DNA of 63,974 nucleotides, filler included, from Globobulimina sp. (GCA_003354225.1; 34 parts of 34 records of this genome joined end to end with filler, not necessarily neighbours in it), one strand, 5' to 3'; shown: positions 1-12,128, numbered from the whole stretch's first letter. Notes: generated by a model from the sequence alone, not told the origin. Numbers and translations: made by a program.

Positions 1-2
1 CA

Positions 3-396
3 AATCATTCACCATTACCTTCGTGCAGTTATATCGTATCCAGCAATGCTGCGATCAGAGATAACAATTGTGAACCGAAGAAATATATCTGCCAATATGG
101 TGAGACTCATTTAGAAATATATCATTTAAAAACATAATCATCGTACAGGTCATCCACACCATCATATCTTCAAAGGGGTGAAAGGTGGATACGTGCCTCC
201 AGGCCAAGTGGTGATTGATGACATAACAGGGCTCAGTAACATATACAAATGTGCCCATATGTGCGGTATCAACACATTCTGCTACAGTTTCGCCTACAAC
301 AGAAATACTGGAAATTGTCTCATTGTACCTTTACCTGCTGCTGAGATACCTAATCCTATATTGTCCAACGATTACAAAAACTATGATAAAATCTAA
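3..396 (+). CDS. 3' fragment of a C-type lectin + PAN/apple domain protein (intron about 100-148)
   Basis: Frame 3 reads ...SCSYIV..IRDNNCEPKKYICQY (CTL C-terminus), then a GTGAG..CAG intron, then CAHMCGINTFCYSFAYNRNTGNCLI (PAN cysteine pattern). Confidence 0.5.
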
Positions 397-454
397 ATAG
401 TATGATACAGTATGTACAATAAATAACAGAGCAACAGTTAAAACTTTTATCATC

Positions 455-494
455 TTGAAACGTTTCGGTTATCCCTGTAACCATTATCAATCAC
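455..494 (-). ncRNA. Candidate minimal type I hammerhead ribozyme of the Penelope element
   Basis: Minus strand TGA-TTGATAA-T-GGTTA-CAGGGA-TAACC-GAAACGTT-TCA: core with U3-A8 covariation, 5-bp stem II, palindromic GAAACGTTTC, about 80 nt downstream of the PLE stop codon. Confidence 0.6.
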
Positions 495-570
495 ACCTAA
501 AATACACAGAATAAGTCTAAAGAAACAAAAATTAACAATTGTCATAAAAGAAACACAAAGCGAAAATAGA

Positions 571-1785
571 CTAAAACAAAGAGAGGGGAACAGACCTAAC
601 AGTAAAGTTGAGGGGAGGTTTATCAGAGGCAATATACAAACTTTCTTTCAATAACAAAAACCAGTTATTAGAGGCAGAGCTGAGTATAGAAAAATCAGAC
701 GGGCTACTCTTATGTTTACATACACGCATATGATCAAAAACGGCTGTAGTGTTAGACTGAGCGACCACTTTGCCAGTCAGGGGCGAGACACCCAAATGCT
801 CAGAGATTCTAGTGTGGAAGTGACGTTTGGTTTTACCAACATAAGTAGCATTGCAGCTACCACAAATGAATTTGTAAACCACACCAGATCTTAGGGCAGA
901 GGGCATCCTGTCTTTAAAGGGAAAGTAGTCACGCAGACAAACAGATGATTTGAATATAAATCTACACTTAACTTGGGGAAGGCACTTCTTAAACAGACAT
1001 TCAATTCTACTTTGTACTTGTATAGAACATTGTCCTAAATATGGTAAACAAATAAGAGTAAGTTTTTTCTCAACAGTTGGAATTCTAATTTTAGGTACAG
1101 CAATGTTATTTAAAAACTTAGCAATACAATTATCAACAAAACCACTAGAGTAACCATTCCTAAATAATATAGTCTTAATTTTGAGAAATTCATCATGTAT
1201 TTTTGCAAAATTGTCACAAATTGAATAAGCCCTATATAAAAGAGTATAAACTAGTCCAAACTTAAAAGACATTGGAATAAAACTTGTAAAATTCGAGTAA
1301 ACCCCACTGAAAGTTGGTTTCTTATACACTGAAGTTCTGAATTTTCCCGCTTTTTTCTCAACAATGATATCCAAAAAAGCCAATTGGTCATTTTTCTCTG
1401 ACTCTGACGTGAATTCAATGTTTGTGTGCTGTTTGTTCATATAATTAAGGAATGGAACCAAGTGATGTGGTGACTTGAAAAGTACAAAAGTGTCATCCAC
1501 ATATCTTCGATACAAAGCAGGTTTGAATTCCTGTGGACAGTTATTCAACCATTTTTGTTCAAAGTGAGCAAGGAACGCGTTGGCAAGAGTGGGGCCAAGT
1601 GGTGAACCCATTGCAACACCATCAATTTGCTCATACAAATTAGCATTAAACTGAAATGCCATATTTTTGAGGGCAATGTTCAATAAAAGATCCATTTCTT
1701 CTTTATTCAAACCATTAACTGTTGTTTGTTTCTCAAAGATATTATTGATGCAAATTAGAATAGTCTCCTCAAGTGGAATATTTGT
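571..1785 (-). mobile_element. Penelope-like retroelement ORF (reverse transcriptase + GIY-YIG endonuclease), 5' truncated
   Basis: TNIPL, QIDGVAMGSPLGPTLAN, YRRYVDDTF and FLDI RT motifs; C-terminal GVVYKFICGSCNATYVGKTKRHFHTRISEH. Confidence 0.95.
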
Positions 1786-1786
1786 A

Positions 1787-1886
1787 NNNNNNNNNNNNNN
1801 NNNNNNNNNNNNNNNNNNNNNNNNNNNNNNTTAATTAATTAANNNNNNNNNNNNNNNNNNNNNNNNNNNNNNNNNNNNNNNNNNNN
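1787..1886. other. Artificial contig-joining linker (first of 33): N44-TTAATTAATTAA-N44
   Basis: The same 100-nt spacer with stops in all six frames recurs about every 1885 nt; the flanking contigs are unrelated and decrease in length. Confidence 0.99.
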
Positions 1887-2030
1887 ATGCGCCAACTACC
1901 AATGCGCCAACTACCAATGTGCCAACTACCAATGCGCCAACTACCAATGCGCCAACTACTAAAACACCAACTACTAAAGCACCAACTACTAAAACACCAA
2001 CTACTAAAGCACCAACTACTAAAACACCAA
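1887..2030 (+). repeat. 15-nt coding tandem repeat (PTTNA/PTTKA/PTTKT), mucin-like stalk
   Basis: About 9 copies of CCAACTAC(C/T)AA.. units. Confidence 0.9.
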
Positions 2031-3471
2031 GTAAGGTACCAACAGTACCGCCGCCATTGCGTCCTTCTGATGAGCCAACTTGCAGTGAATGTGACTGTGA
2101 TTGTACTGTATGTCATGAAGCAGAACAATGTGTGGTAATTGGAACAAATTGTATCTGGTTTCATGGCGAATGCAATGCTGTTACAATCGCATCTGGTGAT
2201 GTCAATGATGGTTTATGTCCATTAGAGATGGTGCAAAGTATGGATATTATATTACTGGTAGATAATTCCTGTGGATTGGATGCGAATGAATGTAACATTC
2301 GACAACATGGAATATATAAATTTATATCGTCCATCCTAAGTAACTCAGATGATCCATCTACACAGCCACGTATCGCATATATGACATATAGTACAGCGGA
2401 CAAAATCAATACATCAATGCCACTCTCATCGATATCATCGCAAATGGCTGCGGAGATAAAAGATTATGAATGTGATGTTATGGGTACACATTCAACAGAT
2501 ATATCCGCTGCGATTAGTACAGCTATGCTTGAATTTGCACTGACTGCAGATGATAATGCTAGAAATCGCAAAATTATCATATTCAGCAATTGTATGGATA
2601 CAATTGATACAACATCACCATGTCCATTAACCAACGACTTATCAATCCAAGGATTTCCAATTGAAATAACAGTGGTTAATATACCCTGTAAATACGAATC
2701 TGATCAATATGATATAAATGCATTGCAATGCCTTACAATGGATACACCGCAACGATATATCACCTTATCCGACGCAACAGGTCCGTAACATATATGTTTC
2801 TATAAATTTTACAAAAATATTTGTTTTTATAAGTGTCGGAGTTTGAGGGGAAAGTGAATGCGTTTAAATCCGCTGTGTGTCCAAGTACCAATGCACCCAC
2901 ATCCGCACCAGCCAATTGTCCACAACTTGGTGATGAATGCAGCTCTGCCTACTATCATCGGGAAGAGAGATGTTGTGATGGTCACAAACGGCAAGGCTTT
3001 GCGAGATGTCGATATACACATTATGACGATTATGGACATAAGTTGGGGACATGCTGTGTGCGGGAAAACCGTCCGGGATGTGGTAACCATACGGATTGTT
3101 GCAATGAGAACAGAGTGTGTTATGAGGGATATTGTCTGAAGGAACCCAAACTGGAGAAATGGCAGAAATTGGATGGTTTAGCTATAGAAGTATCAGAGAA
3201 TGGAGATTATGCAGAATGGACGGTAGAGGAAAGTGAGAGTGAAGAGGAGATATTTGGATTGAATCGTGTTACGCAAATATTTGGACTTATGATGATATTT
3301 ATGTGCGCAGTGTGTAATTTGTTGTATTGTTATTGGAAATTTGTTGCCAGGAAAAGGGCAGAGGAGGAAGTTGACGATACACAAATTGATATTGATTTTA
3401 TTCGGAGAAATTTCAGGTATTATGCTGATGATGAAAATGAACAATATTCACAGCAAGAGTTGCAATTTTAA
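1887..3471 (+). CDS. Cell-surface protein: PT repeats, vWA domain, Cys-rich module, C-terminal TM (5' truncated, intron about 2785-2833)
   Basis: DIILLVDNSCG MIDAS-like strand, RIAYMTYS, TDISAAI, RKIIIFSNC; TM segment IFGLMMIFMCAVCNLLYCYW. Confidence 0.75.
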
Positions 3472-3772
3472 GTGTTTTGGTGAATTGTATGTCTATATTT
3501 TTATTTATTTTATTAATTTGTTTTGTTTTGGTTAATTCTGTTTGCTTTCTTAATTTCTTAATAATAATTATATTTTTTGTTTTGGGGTTTATTTTACTTT
3601 TCTTTTGCTTTAAAATATATAATGTTTATAATTTACCTATTTATTTTTTTTTAGCCTATAAAAAACAATTTGNNNNNNNNNNNNNNNNNNNNNNNNNNNN
3701 NNNNNNNNNNNNNNNNTTAATTAATTAANNNNNNNNNNNNNNNNNNNNNNNNNNNNNNNNNNNNNNNNNNNN

Positions 3773-5159
3773 TTCTTCCATTTCCTTCCTTTCATTGTCA
3801 TCTATTTTTGCATCCAATTTAATATTTTTATTTTCATATTTCCTATGATTCAGCATCGGTATCAAACATTTTATCGGATTGCTCAATCTCGCGTTTTTAA
3901 TCTGTAATGCTTTGATTTTATACAGAATATCATTTACATCCAAACGCAAATCTATCTCCAATTCATCATTGATATTGTCAGCAAACACAAATCCTGAGTT
4001 CAAATATAACAATTCGTTCCTTTGCGAGCCATAATAAATATAAATCTGTTCCCCTTTGCCCACAGCCTCCATAATGAACATCTCATTCCGTCCTTGTTTC
4101 GTATTAAAATAAGTGGTGATTTTGCCCGCTTTATAATTGCACATATCCCAGGCGGGAATGAGTGCGATCTCCGAGTCATAATCGCCGTTTATCTCCGACG
4201 GGATCCTATTCTGTCGCGTCATCACTACGCCCGCGGCCCACAAATAATCAATTAATCGCATCCCGGGCTCAATGCCGGCTCTGTTCAACATTTGTCGACA
4301 ATACGTATAATGCCGCAAATGGGAGATTTTTAGTCGTATTATTTTGTCCAAGATCAATGAACCGGATAGGAACGGGATCAAATCGCGGATTTTGCATTCA
4401 TGCGGCAAGCCGAACGATAGTGGTAAGGCATCGAGGTAAGGTTTCCAAAACGAACGCTTTCGTTTCATGCGTTCATACCATACAAATACAACCAGGGCCA
4501 ATGAGGCTACTTTACTGTGGATATAATATGTAATCAAATATAGAAATGTTGCTGCTGCATAGTACATACTTGCATAGCTCATCTTTTTTGAGAAATCGTT
4601 GTATTTTATCATCGGATTTATTGAGGGCAACACCGTGTGTTATCATTAGTTTTCTATGGATGGACATGGCGTGTTCGCCTTCTTTCAAATCTTTGGTGGC
4701 GATGACACCGCGACCTTCGCGGAGATTGGCTTTAAATTCAAATTTGTCACCAATAAAACTGTCGGTTTGTTCCTTTTCGATCCATAATGTTAGTCGGTTG
4801 AGAATGATTTGTTGATCTGTATTTTGTACGTCTTCAAATCCCCAGATTTGGGGCGTTTTGATAGATTTGTTTGCTCCGCACTGAAGTTTTATTATTTTAT
4901 CGCACAATTCATCCAATTTTATGGCAGTTTCATATAACGGATTGCCTTTAAGATGATCTACTTCGCGTAGTACGCGTGTTAATTGACTTAATAGTGGTAT
5001 TAGTTGCTTTGAGTATGCTTGACCTTCGCGTTTAATTTTTTCTTTGTTGTGACTTTGTTTGGAGCTCTTATTTGGCGATTTAGTCTGGGATTTATTTGAT
5101 TTGTGCGATTTGTTTTTGCGTGACTGATTTCTTTTGTTTCTCTTTCCTTTTTTGGGCAT
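3773..5159 (-). CDS. SETD3: SETD3-type SET-domain (actin-histidine) methyltransferase, intron 4515-4569, 3' truncated
   Basis: GRGVIATKDL, SFWKPYLDALP, YLWAAGVVMTRQNRIP, ALIPAWDMCN, GEQIYIYYG; the GTATGT..CACAG intron joins the two ORFs. Confidence 0.85.
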
Positions 5160-5658
5160 TGTTTTACTCAAAGTTTTGGAGTTAAACAAAAAAATTTGTA
5201 TGTTTTCAACATTGTTGAATTGTTCACAGATATATCACAGAGAATGACCATCAGCAATGTTATAAACGAACAGGTAATAGCACCGATTATTACGTTTATA
5301 TGTTATTGTAACTGATCTGCAAGTTTATGGTTGCAGAATATTATTATTTATCAATTGAAATTCTGGGTATAAATTACATATCAAACATGTAACAAATATA
5401 TCAATGATATACATTTTTATTACAAAATACAAACAGCAATATTGCAAATAATTAGAACAAATCAAAATAATTAGAAAACGTAAATGAAAGAATTTGAAAC
5501 CTGTTAAATTAAATTTGGGATTGATGCATGTGATGTTTGAATTTAAATACAAATAACTNNNNNNNNNNNNNNNNNNNNNNNNNNNNNNNNNNNNNNNNNN
5601 NNTTAATTAATTAANNNNNNNNNNNNNNNNNNNNNNNNNNNNNNNNNNNNNNNNNNNN

Positions 5659-5823
5659 ACTTATACTGAACCTGGATTAAAAGGTGACACAGCCTCCTCT
5701 TCAGCACAAAAACCTGCAACTGTTGAAACTGGTGCTGAAATTAATGTCCCTTTATTTGTAAACACTGGTGACAAAATAAAAATAGACACTAGAGATAATT
5801 CCTATTCAGAGAGAGTAAAATAA
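5659..5823 (+). CDS. efp: Bacterial elongation factor P, C-terminal fragment
   Basis: [54 protein letters not shown]. Confidence 0.95.
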   Translation, partial: TYTEPGLKGDTASSSAQKPATVETGAEINVPLFVNTGDKIKIDTRDNSYSERVK

Positions 5824-5828
5824 TATAT

Positions 5829-5849
5829 TTCCCGGAACCCATCCGGGAA
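5829..5849 (+). terminator. Hairpin downstream of efp
   Basis: TTCCCGGA-ACCCA-TCCGGGAA perfect 8-bp stem; no U-tract on the + strand. Confidence 0.45.
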
Positions 5850-5863
5850 TAAAAACTTCATTA

Positions 5864-6240
5864 ATGACATCAAAAGCTTCACTGAACAGACTTGAATTTT
5901 GTAATTTTAAGTTAAGAACATTGCTTGAGTTTACTCTTGCAATTAATCAAAACCTGTCTATAGATGAACTTTTAAAAAAATACGAAAAACTTTTACGCTG
6001 GCGCTTAAATATTGGTAAAGTTTTAATGTTTGCTAACAACAGAGAGTGGCGTTGTATTTTGGTTTCAGGCATATCAGGTGAAAAATACTTGAAAATAGAT
6101 ATTGAGAAAGATTTAATTCATAATACTGATATTACCTCAGCCTCGGTTTACGAAAATCCAGTGATCAGAGAATTTGATGTTGTTTTGCCAATTGTACACA
6201 ACCAAACACCTCTAGCATTTGTTCTTGTTGGTGATATTGG
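5864..6240 (+). CDS. N-terminal part of a bacterial protein (GAF-like region, probably a SpoIIE/RsbU-type phosphatase), truncated at a chimeric junction
   Basis: Intronless and follows efp; FKLRTLLEFTLAINQN...FDVVLPIVHNQTPLAFVLVGD; product assignment is from recall of Bacteroidota proteins. Confidence 0.5.
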
Positions 6241-6325
6241 ATCTCATAAGTTTATAGTTGAGACTTTGATAATAAACATCCAATTTGAGTACATTTCGTC
6301 TAATATCCATATACAAAACCCGCCG

Positions 6326-7180
6326 ATGCACATTAAACATACACATATACCCTCCGTCACACAAACATATATCGACGACATAAACGACCGTGGCCTCTCT
6401 CAGAAGACTGAATATTTTGTGGTCCCATTTTATTTGATGGTATGCATATTATCCGTATTGACCACCGCATTGTTGTGCATTCATGAGATCTCGGAAAATT
6501 TGGGCATGTCCATATTGATAAGCTGCAGCTTTATTGGAGCCATAGCTGGCATTTATGGCGTTTATTCATGGGGCGTTTTTGATGATGTCTTGCAATATTT
6601 AGTCAAACAAAATGAATTATACCGGGATAACATCGATAGGCTGAACAGTGTCGGTGAAGTGTTGCAGAATGATGTTGATGATATCAACGGAAGTGTGGAT
6701 TATTTAAAACGTGATGGGAATTCATTGGAGCTCGGCATGCAGCAATATAATAAATTGAAGTGTGAGTTGCAAGAGATTTTGGATAATCACATTGGGAATG
6801 ATAAGGAGAACAATGCACATCACGAGAGATTGAGCGATTTATTGGATGAGTTCAATGAGCAATGCGAGACATTGAATACCATCATTGAGGACAATGAAAA
6901 AGCACATCTATTGTCTATATTTTACAGTGTTAAGTTGTATGATTATGGGATGAAAAATTGTTTGGATCGAAAACAGTATTCGCAGTTTTTAGCGCATTGT
7001 AATAAGAATACAAGAGAGAAATTTATAAATGTTGGAGGGTTTGAAGCGTTGGATACGGATAATACGGGATATATTGATGTGGACGAGTTTGAAAGAGTTG
7101 TTTATAAAGTATTAAATATTCAAGTTCAAGAAAGTCAACATTTATTAAATTCATCCATTATGATACAACAAAGATTATGA
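6326..7180 (+). CDS. Eukaryotic two-TM, coiled-coil, C-terminal EF-hand protein
   Basis: Two hydrophobic helices, a heptad region, and DTDNTGYIDVDEF EF-hand loop; start codon uncertain. Confidence 0.65.
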   Translation: MHIKHTHIPSVTQTYIDDINDRGLSQKTEYFVVPFYLMVCILSVLTTALLCIHEISENLGMSILISCSFIGAIAGIYGVYSWGVFDDVLQYLVKQNELYRDNIDRLNSVGEVLQNDVDDINGSVDYLKRDGNSLELGMQQYNKLKCELQEILDNHIGNDKENNAHHERLSDLLDEFNEQCETLNTIIEDNEKAHLLSIFYSVKLYDYGMKNCLDRKQYSQFLAHCNKNTREKFINVGGFEALDTDNTGYIDVDEFERVVYKVLNIQVQESQHLLNSSIMIQQRL

Positions 7181-7741
7181 TACAAAATAAATAATGTTTT
7201 ATTATTACATCAATTTGTTTTTTGTGTTTGGTTTGTGATCTCGATAATTTTGCCTCTTTTTATTTTAGTTTTACTGAGTCTATGTTTGCAACAAACAGTA
7301 CGTACTAGTGCCAAAATACAAATATACAATTAACTTTTTTGGCTTAGTTTCGTTTCGTTTCATTTCAACGATTAGCAAACTTTTTGGGTCAGCTAGAGTG
7401 GTTTTCAACTTCGAATACTAGGATTACTAGGTCATCGAATACTANNNNNNNNNNNNNNNNNNNNNNNNNNNNNNNNNNNNNNNNNNNNTTAATTAATTAA
7501 NNNNNNNNNNNNNNNNNNNNNNNNNNNNNNNNNNNNNNNNNNNNTATAATACACATTGCAATCGTACAGAAACGCGTTTTAATGTGTGTTGGAATATTTT
7601 TCAAAGCCGAAAATCGAGGCGCTTTAGATTTCTTGGTCAGGTTCAGATTTCGTCAGTCTTTAAATGCCCGTTTCTAAATATCATAAAAACGTTTTTTTCT
7701 AACCTACTCAGTGAATTCTTTCATTTCGGATAATGTGAAAC

Positions 7742-9330
7742 ATGTCTTCTAAACGATATGTGCTGGCAGAATATTTGAATGAAGCACGAAAACGTATGTA
7801 TTTATGCCATGCATTAAACACATGTAAGTTGTTGGACATAATAAATTTATCCATGTAGTCAAAGGGGATTGGATGAATGATAGCTATTCGAACTTAATTA
7901 AAACAGTTCATTCCAAATTTAATATCGCAGATGAAACCCAAATTGATGTCAAAGTGTATGATAAAAACAACAATACATATTTTATAATTGATGCCGATGA
8001 GATGCATGAAATACAACCTGCCGCATTAATAAAAATAACAAAATCATTAATTCAAAACAAACACAAACACAAAACAGAAAATAAACCAACAACTCTTGTG
8101 ACATTACGTAAAGCAGCAAAATCGTCATCCATTGATAACGAAAAACAAAATGAAGACGTTAAGTGTTTGAATATTTTACATAATACATATAAAATATATA
8201 TATTTTCATGTTTTTAGCATAAAATAAAAGAAAAAGGATATAACACAGTTGCAGTCAGACGGCGTGCTCGAAGGAGAAATATTGCAAAAACAGCATTGAG
8301 AACGAGTCAGAATGTTTATTATAAATTAATGTTGGATAAAGATTTAGAATTTGATGCAAATAAAGATGTGATTGTGGGATATAATGATTATATGAATGAA
8401 GATTGTGAGATAGCTTTGAGTTTATTTAAACCGAATGATGAACTTTGTAATATTCCATTTGACCAGATTCGATATTACAGGACGGATAATAAAATATTAT
8501 GGAACCATAAGTTACGAATTGATATGTTATTCAATTCTGGAAATACAAAACTAAAATTAAAGCAGAATGCAAATATATTTGATATATCTTGTGCAAATTA
8601 TAATAATTTGCCAGCTTTTGTCAAGAAATTATTATTTATGGATAAAATGCACACTCAATTAACAGATTTATTGTTCGGTATGCAATTAAAAATGACATCA
8701 TTAATGATTCAAAATAATATCAAATTTGAACCAAAAATTAACGATATCCATATGGATTATAATGTAGTCACAGTGCCTGATAAAAGTGTAAAAACAGCAG
8801 TAACAGTGCCTGATAATGAAAGTGTAAAAACAGCAGCAACACTTGGTAAAGGGGAACGATATACGCACTTTCTCTCCATTCGAATTAATAATCCATTATT
8901 GACTGTGTTAGGCATTCAACTTCAAGTATGTTTGTAAACATTTGTACATTGTTCATATTTAGATCAATAATGCAAACTCGATAACAAATAACAGTTCAAA
9001 TTATGTATTTAACCCACATAAAATGAGCTGACTTTTATTTGTTATTTTTTTTATGATAAAACAGCTTTATAAATCCAAAAACGTACAGAAACGTTCTCCG
9101 CTAACTATATATAATGAACTTAAATTATATTTATTTGTTTGTACTAATAATTAACAGAATGATATTGTTGATGAATATAGAAATTATGGTTTGGAGATTC
9201 GAACGAGTTTGATTAAGGCAAATAAATTTCACATCTCAATGAATGTGATAGCATTACAAACAAGCAAAGCTGTGGATAGATTTTGTAAAAAACTTAAATT
9301 ACTTGAAAGATGGTTGAAAACCTTCATTTT
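7742..9330 (+). CDS. LENG9-like protein: MJ1316 (DUF504) RNA cyclic-end domain + AKAP7-type 2H phosphoesterase (3 introns, 3' truncated)
   Basis: LRTSQNVYYKL...VIVGYND...NIPFDQIRYYR..KILWNHKLRIDMLFNSG; then YTHFLSIRIN and KFHIS (HxS). Introns about 7794-7858, 8158-8217, 8927-9158. Confidence 0.75.
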
Positions 9331-9430
9331 NNNNNNNNNNNNNNNNNNNNNNNNNNNNNNNNNNNNNNNNNNNNTTAATTAATTAANNNNNNNNNNNNNN
9401 NNNNNNNNNNNNNNNNNNNNNNNNNNNNNN

Positions 9431-11216
9431 ACCATGGCTAGTATCAAAATGTTTAAAGTTTTTATGCAAAGATTCACTCATGTTGTACATATAGAGGATT
9501 TTAGTACATATGCGATGCAGAGAGGCGAGGATTTGGAACCATTTTCTGCTGATAAATTTATGGATTTATATAACAATATTCGTAATATTAAAGATATGCT
9601 GCGGGATAAAATTGGTGACGGTGTGTTATTATCCATGCACGTATTAATCACATAACTCTCATATATCTCACATAATAATGGTATTATATCCAATTCCTGC
9701 AACATTTTAATACTTATCTCATCCATTGATATATTTAACAATTGAATGGATAATAACTTATCAATATAATTACCGACATTTTTTTTCCGTTTCCACGCAA
9801 ATTTAATAAATGCAAAGTATATATTCCGGATATTCTCTTTAATCTCACTGCTTGCGATTGGAATATCGTTTAGTAATCGCCTTTCTTTTTCATTCCACTC
9901 AAATGACGCTAAATGGTATAAACTGTCCAATATCAATATTTCATTACCATTTGGTGTATTTTTTAATATTTTACATAAATTGTTCATTGCATTGTATCTA
10001 ATCAAACTTCGCTCTCTTTCAATTTGGATGCATGTCATCAATTCGTTTACATTTAATATATCCGTGCTGGACAATAAAAAGTCAAAAACAAACTCACAAT
10101 AAAAGTTTATGGGCGAAAATATATCTTTTATCTCATCGCTGGATAACATCACTGAACCTTTTTCTTTTTCTTTTTTTTGTTTTTTTTTCCATGCTTTTAA
10201 GAATATGGTTTTAGCCAATAACGGATTTTTAACAAACTCATTTATTTTTAATAATTGCGATGATATTTTCTCTATGTTTTCCGCTTCATTGTTATCGTCA
10301 TTATCATCCAAATGAACTAAGGATATATGTCTTTTTAAATGAACAAAGCGATACAAATCAATATTTGCATTGGAATCGACATCTTCCACATCAACAACAC
10401 GTGAATCAATCGGCGAGTTCCATGGTTCGATTAAATTTAAAAATTTAATACGTAATCTGATAATACTTATAAATTCATTCATTTTTTCCTTGCCATTCCA
10501 CGAGAATACATTGGATAATGCCTTTTCTATTTTGGCCATTTGCTTCCAGATTTTAATTAAATCGGATGCTGGATCCATATCTGTTGCATCCCCGGCTCCA
10601 TAATATGATATTAATACATTTTCTAAATTAAATTTGCATATCAATGATATAAATATTTCGCACCTTATAATTAATTACAATAATATTCAGAAACAGAAAC
10701 AAAAACAAATGCGCATATATCGGATATCTGACAGACCTTAAAATGTGCGAGGCATTGAGCACTGTTTTTGGTATTATTTGTTGTTTAACAAAAGTATCTA
10801 ATAATTTATAAAACGGATCATTATAATTTGTACGTAATTTCTCAATTAGACCATACACACTCTGATGCTCGATATGCTTCAAATGCGGCAAAATGTTTCT
10901 ATCCACAATATCTAATATGCTTTCAATTGCAATATTTGAACTTTCTTCACCGTTAAAATCCTCATCATCCATATATTTTTCTTCCAATTTTGTTTTACTT
11001 TCTTGCCATCCTCCAACAAATATGCCGGATTCTAATAAATTTATATATTTCTTTTCCAATTTATCGCCAGTATTGATAGATAATATTAAATGTGTTATAT
11101 ATGACATATTCCATGATACCGATTCGACCAATTCTTTATCCAATTTCTTCATATTTTTACATAACATATCGAAGAAAAAATCAAATATGCGAAAAAATGC
11201 GTGTTTACTCGCTGCA
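9431..11216 (-). CDS. Internal fragment of a large helical protein of unknown function
   Basis: Two long adjacent ORFs (10628-11167 and 9478-10644) bridged by a probable intron. Confidence 0.6.
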
Positions 11217-11683
11217 NNNNNNNNNNNNNNNNNNNNNNNNNNNNNNNNNNNNNNNNNNNNTTAATTAATTAANNNNNNNNNNNNNNNNNNNNNNNNNNNN
11301 NNNNNNNNNNNNNNNNACCTGCACTATTTTATAATATTAATACAATGGTCTATTTAATCATTAATTCTTAGTATATATTACATACAAATTACCTTTTTTT
11401 GTTGTTTTTTTTTTTTTATAAATATTACCCTTTTTTTGATAGTGTGGTTATTGCTTATTTTTAGTCGTTAATGATGATTAAAAATAAATGTTACAGTGGC
11501 CACAATGATTACCGTTTCTTTTTCATAAATATTGCTTTTGAATGCATTTTTATTTTCTTTAATTTAATTTTTTGTTTGATTTAAATTATGTTTTTTGTGT
11601 TTTTGTTGAATTTATTTTTGTTCTTTGCTTTTAACAATTTTATTAAAATTAGTGTTCTCCCAACAAGAAAAGACTGCATTGGA

Positions 11684-11895
11684 ATGGCAAAGAATTGATT
11701 TCTTAGTGTTTTGAAGAGACTTCTTAGTGGTAAATATCAGAAAAATAAAGCGTCAGAAACTTCATTCTCCGAATTTGCCGTGCGTACTGTAAGTAGCGAA
11801 TCAGCCTTGTTATCAAACAATTTACAACGTCGAGCATGACAAACATTGACCAGATCCGAAAAAGAAGATTATATTTCAGCATTAATGAAAATACG
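11684..11895 (+). pseudogene. Tyrosinase-like N-terminal fragment with in-frame TGA codons
   Basis: LQRRA*QTLTRSEKEDYISALMKIR resembles the R-x-x-W-x-x-L-x-x-x-E-K-x-x-Y-I-x-A start of tyrosinase domains; no copper-binding sites seen. Confidence 0.4.
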
Positions 11896-12128
11896 GTATA
11901 TCTTTTTAGTATTTTTACTATAAAAGTGCGTACATTTGTATGTAGTACAAGGACAGCGCGTACCTAGCATTAAGAAGGGTATGTTTATAGTTGAGTGCAA
12001 GGATACAGTTTATCAAAAACGCAATAAATCCAGCCATTAAAATAAAAGTAATTTAATGATCAGATATAAGCAGTTTTACTCTTAATCACTATTTATTTAT
12101 ATACTATAAATAATTAATTATAATTTGT

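Noticed and set aside
1835..2164. Antisense and alternate-frame ORFs with WCFSS or HQLLK repeats, and similar shadow ORFs elsewhere
   Set aside because: Shadows of the PT-repeat coding frame and of other real genes
5864..7180. Single novel 438-aa signalling protein
   Set aside because: Composite of a bacterial N-terminus and a eukaryotic gene joined at about 6240
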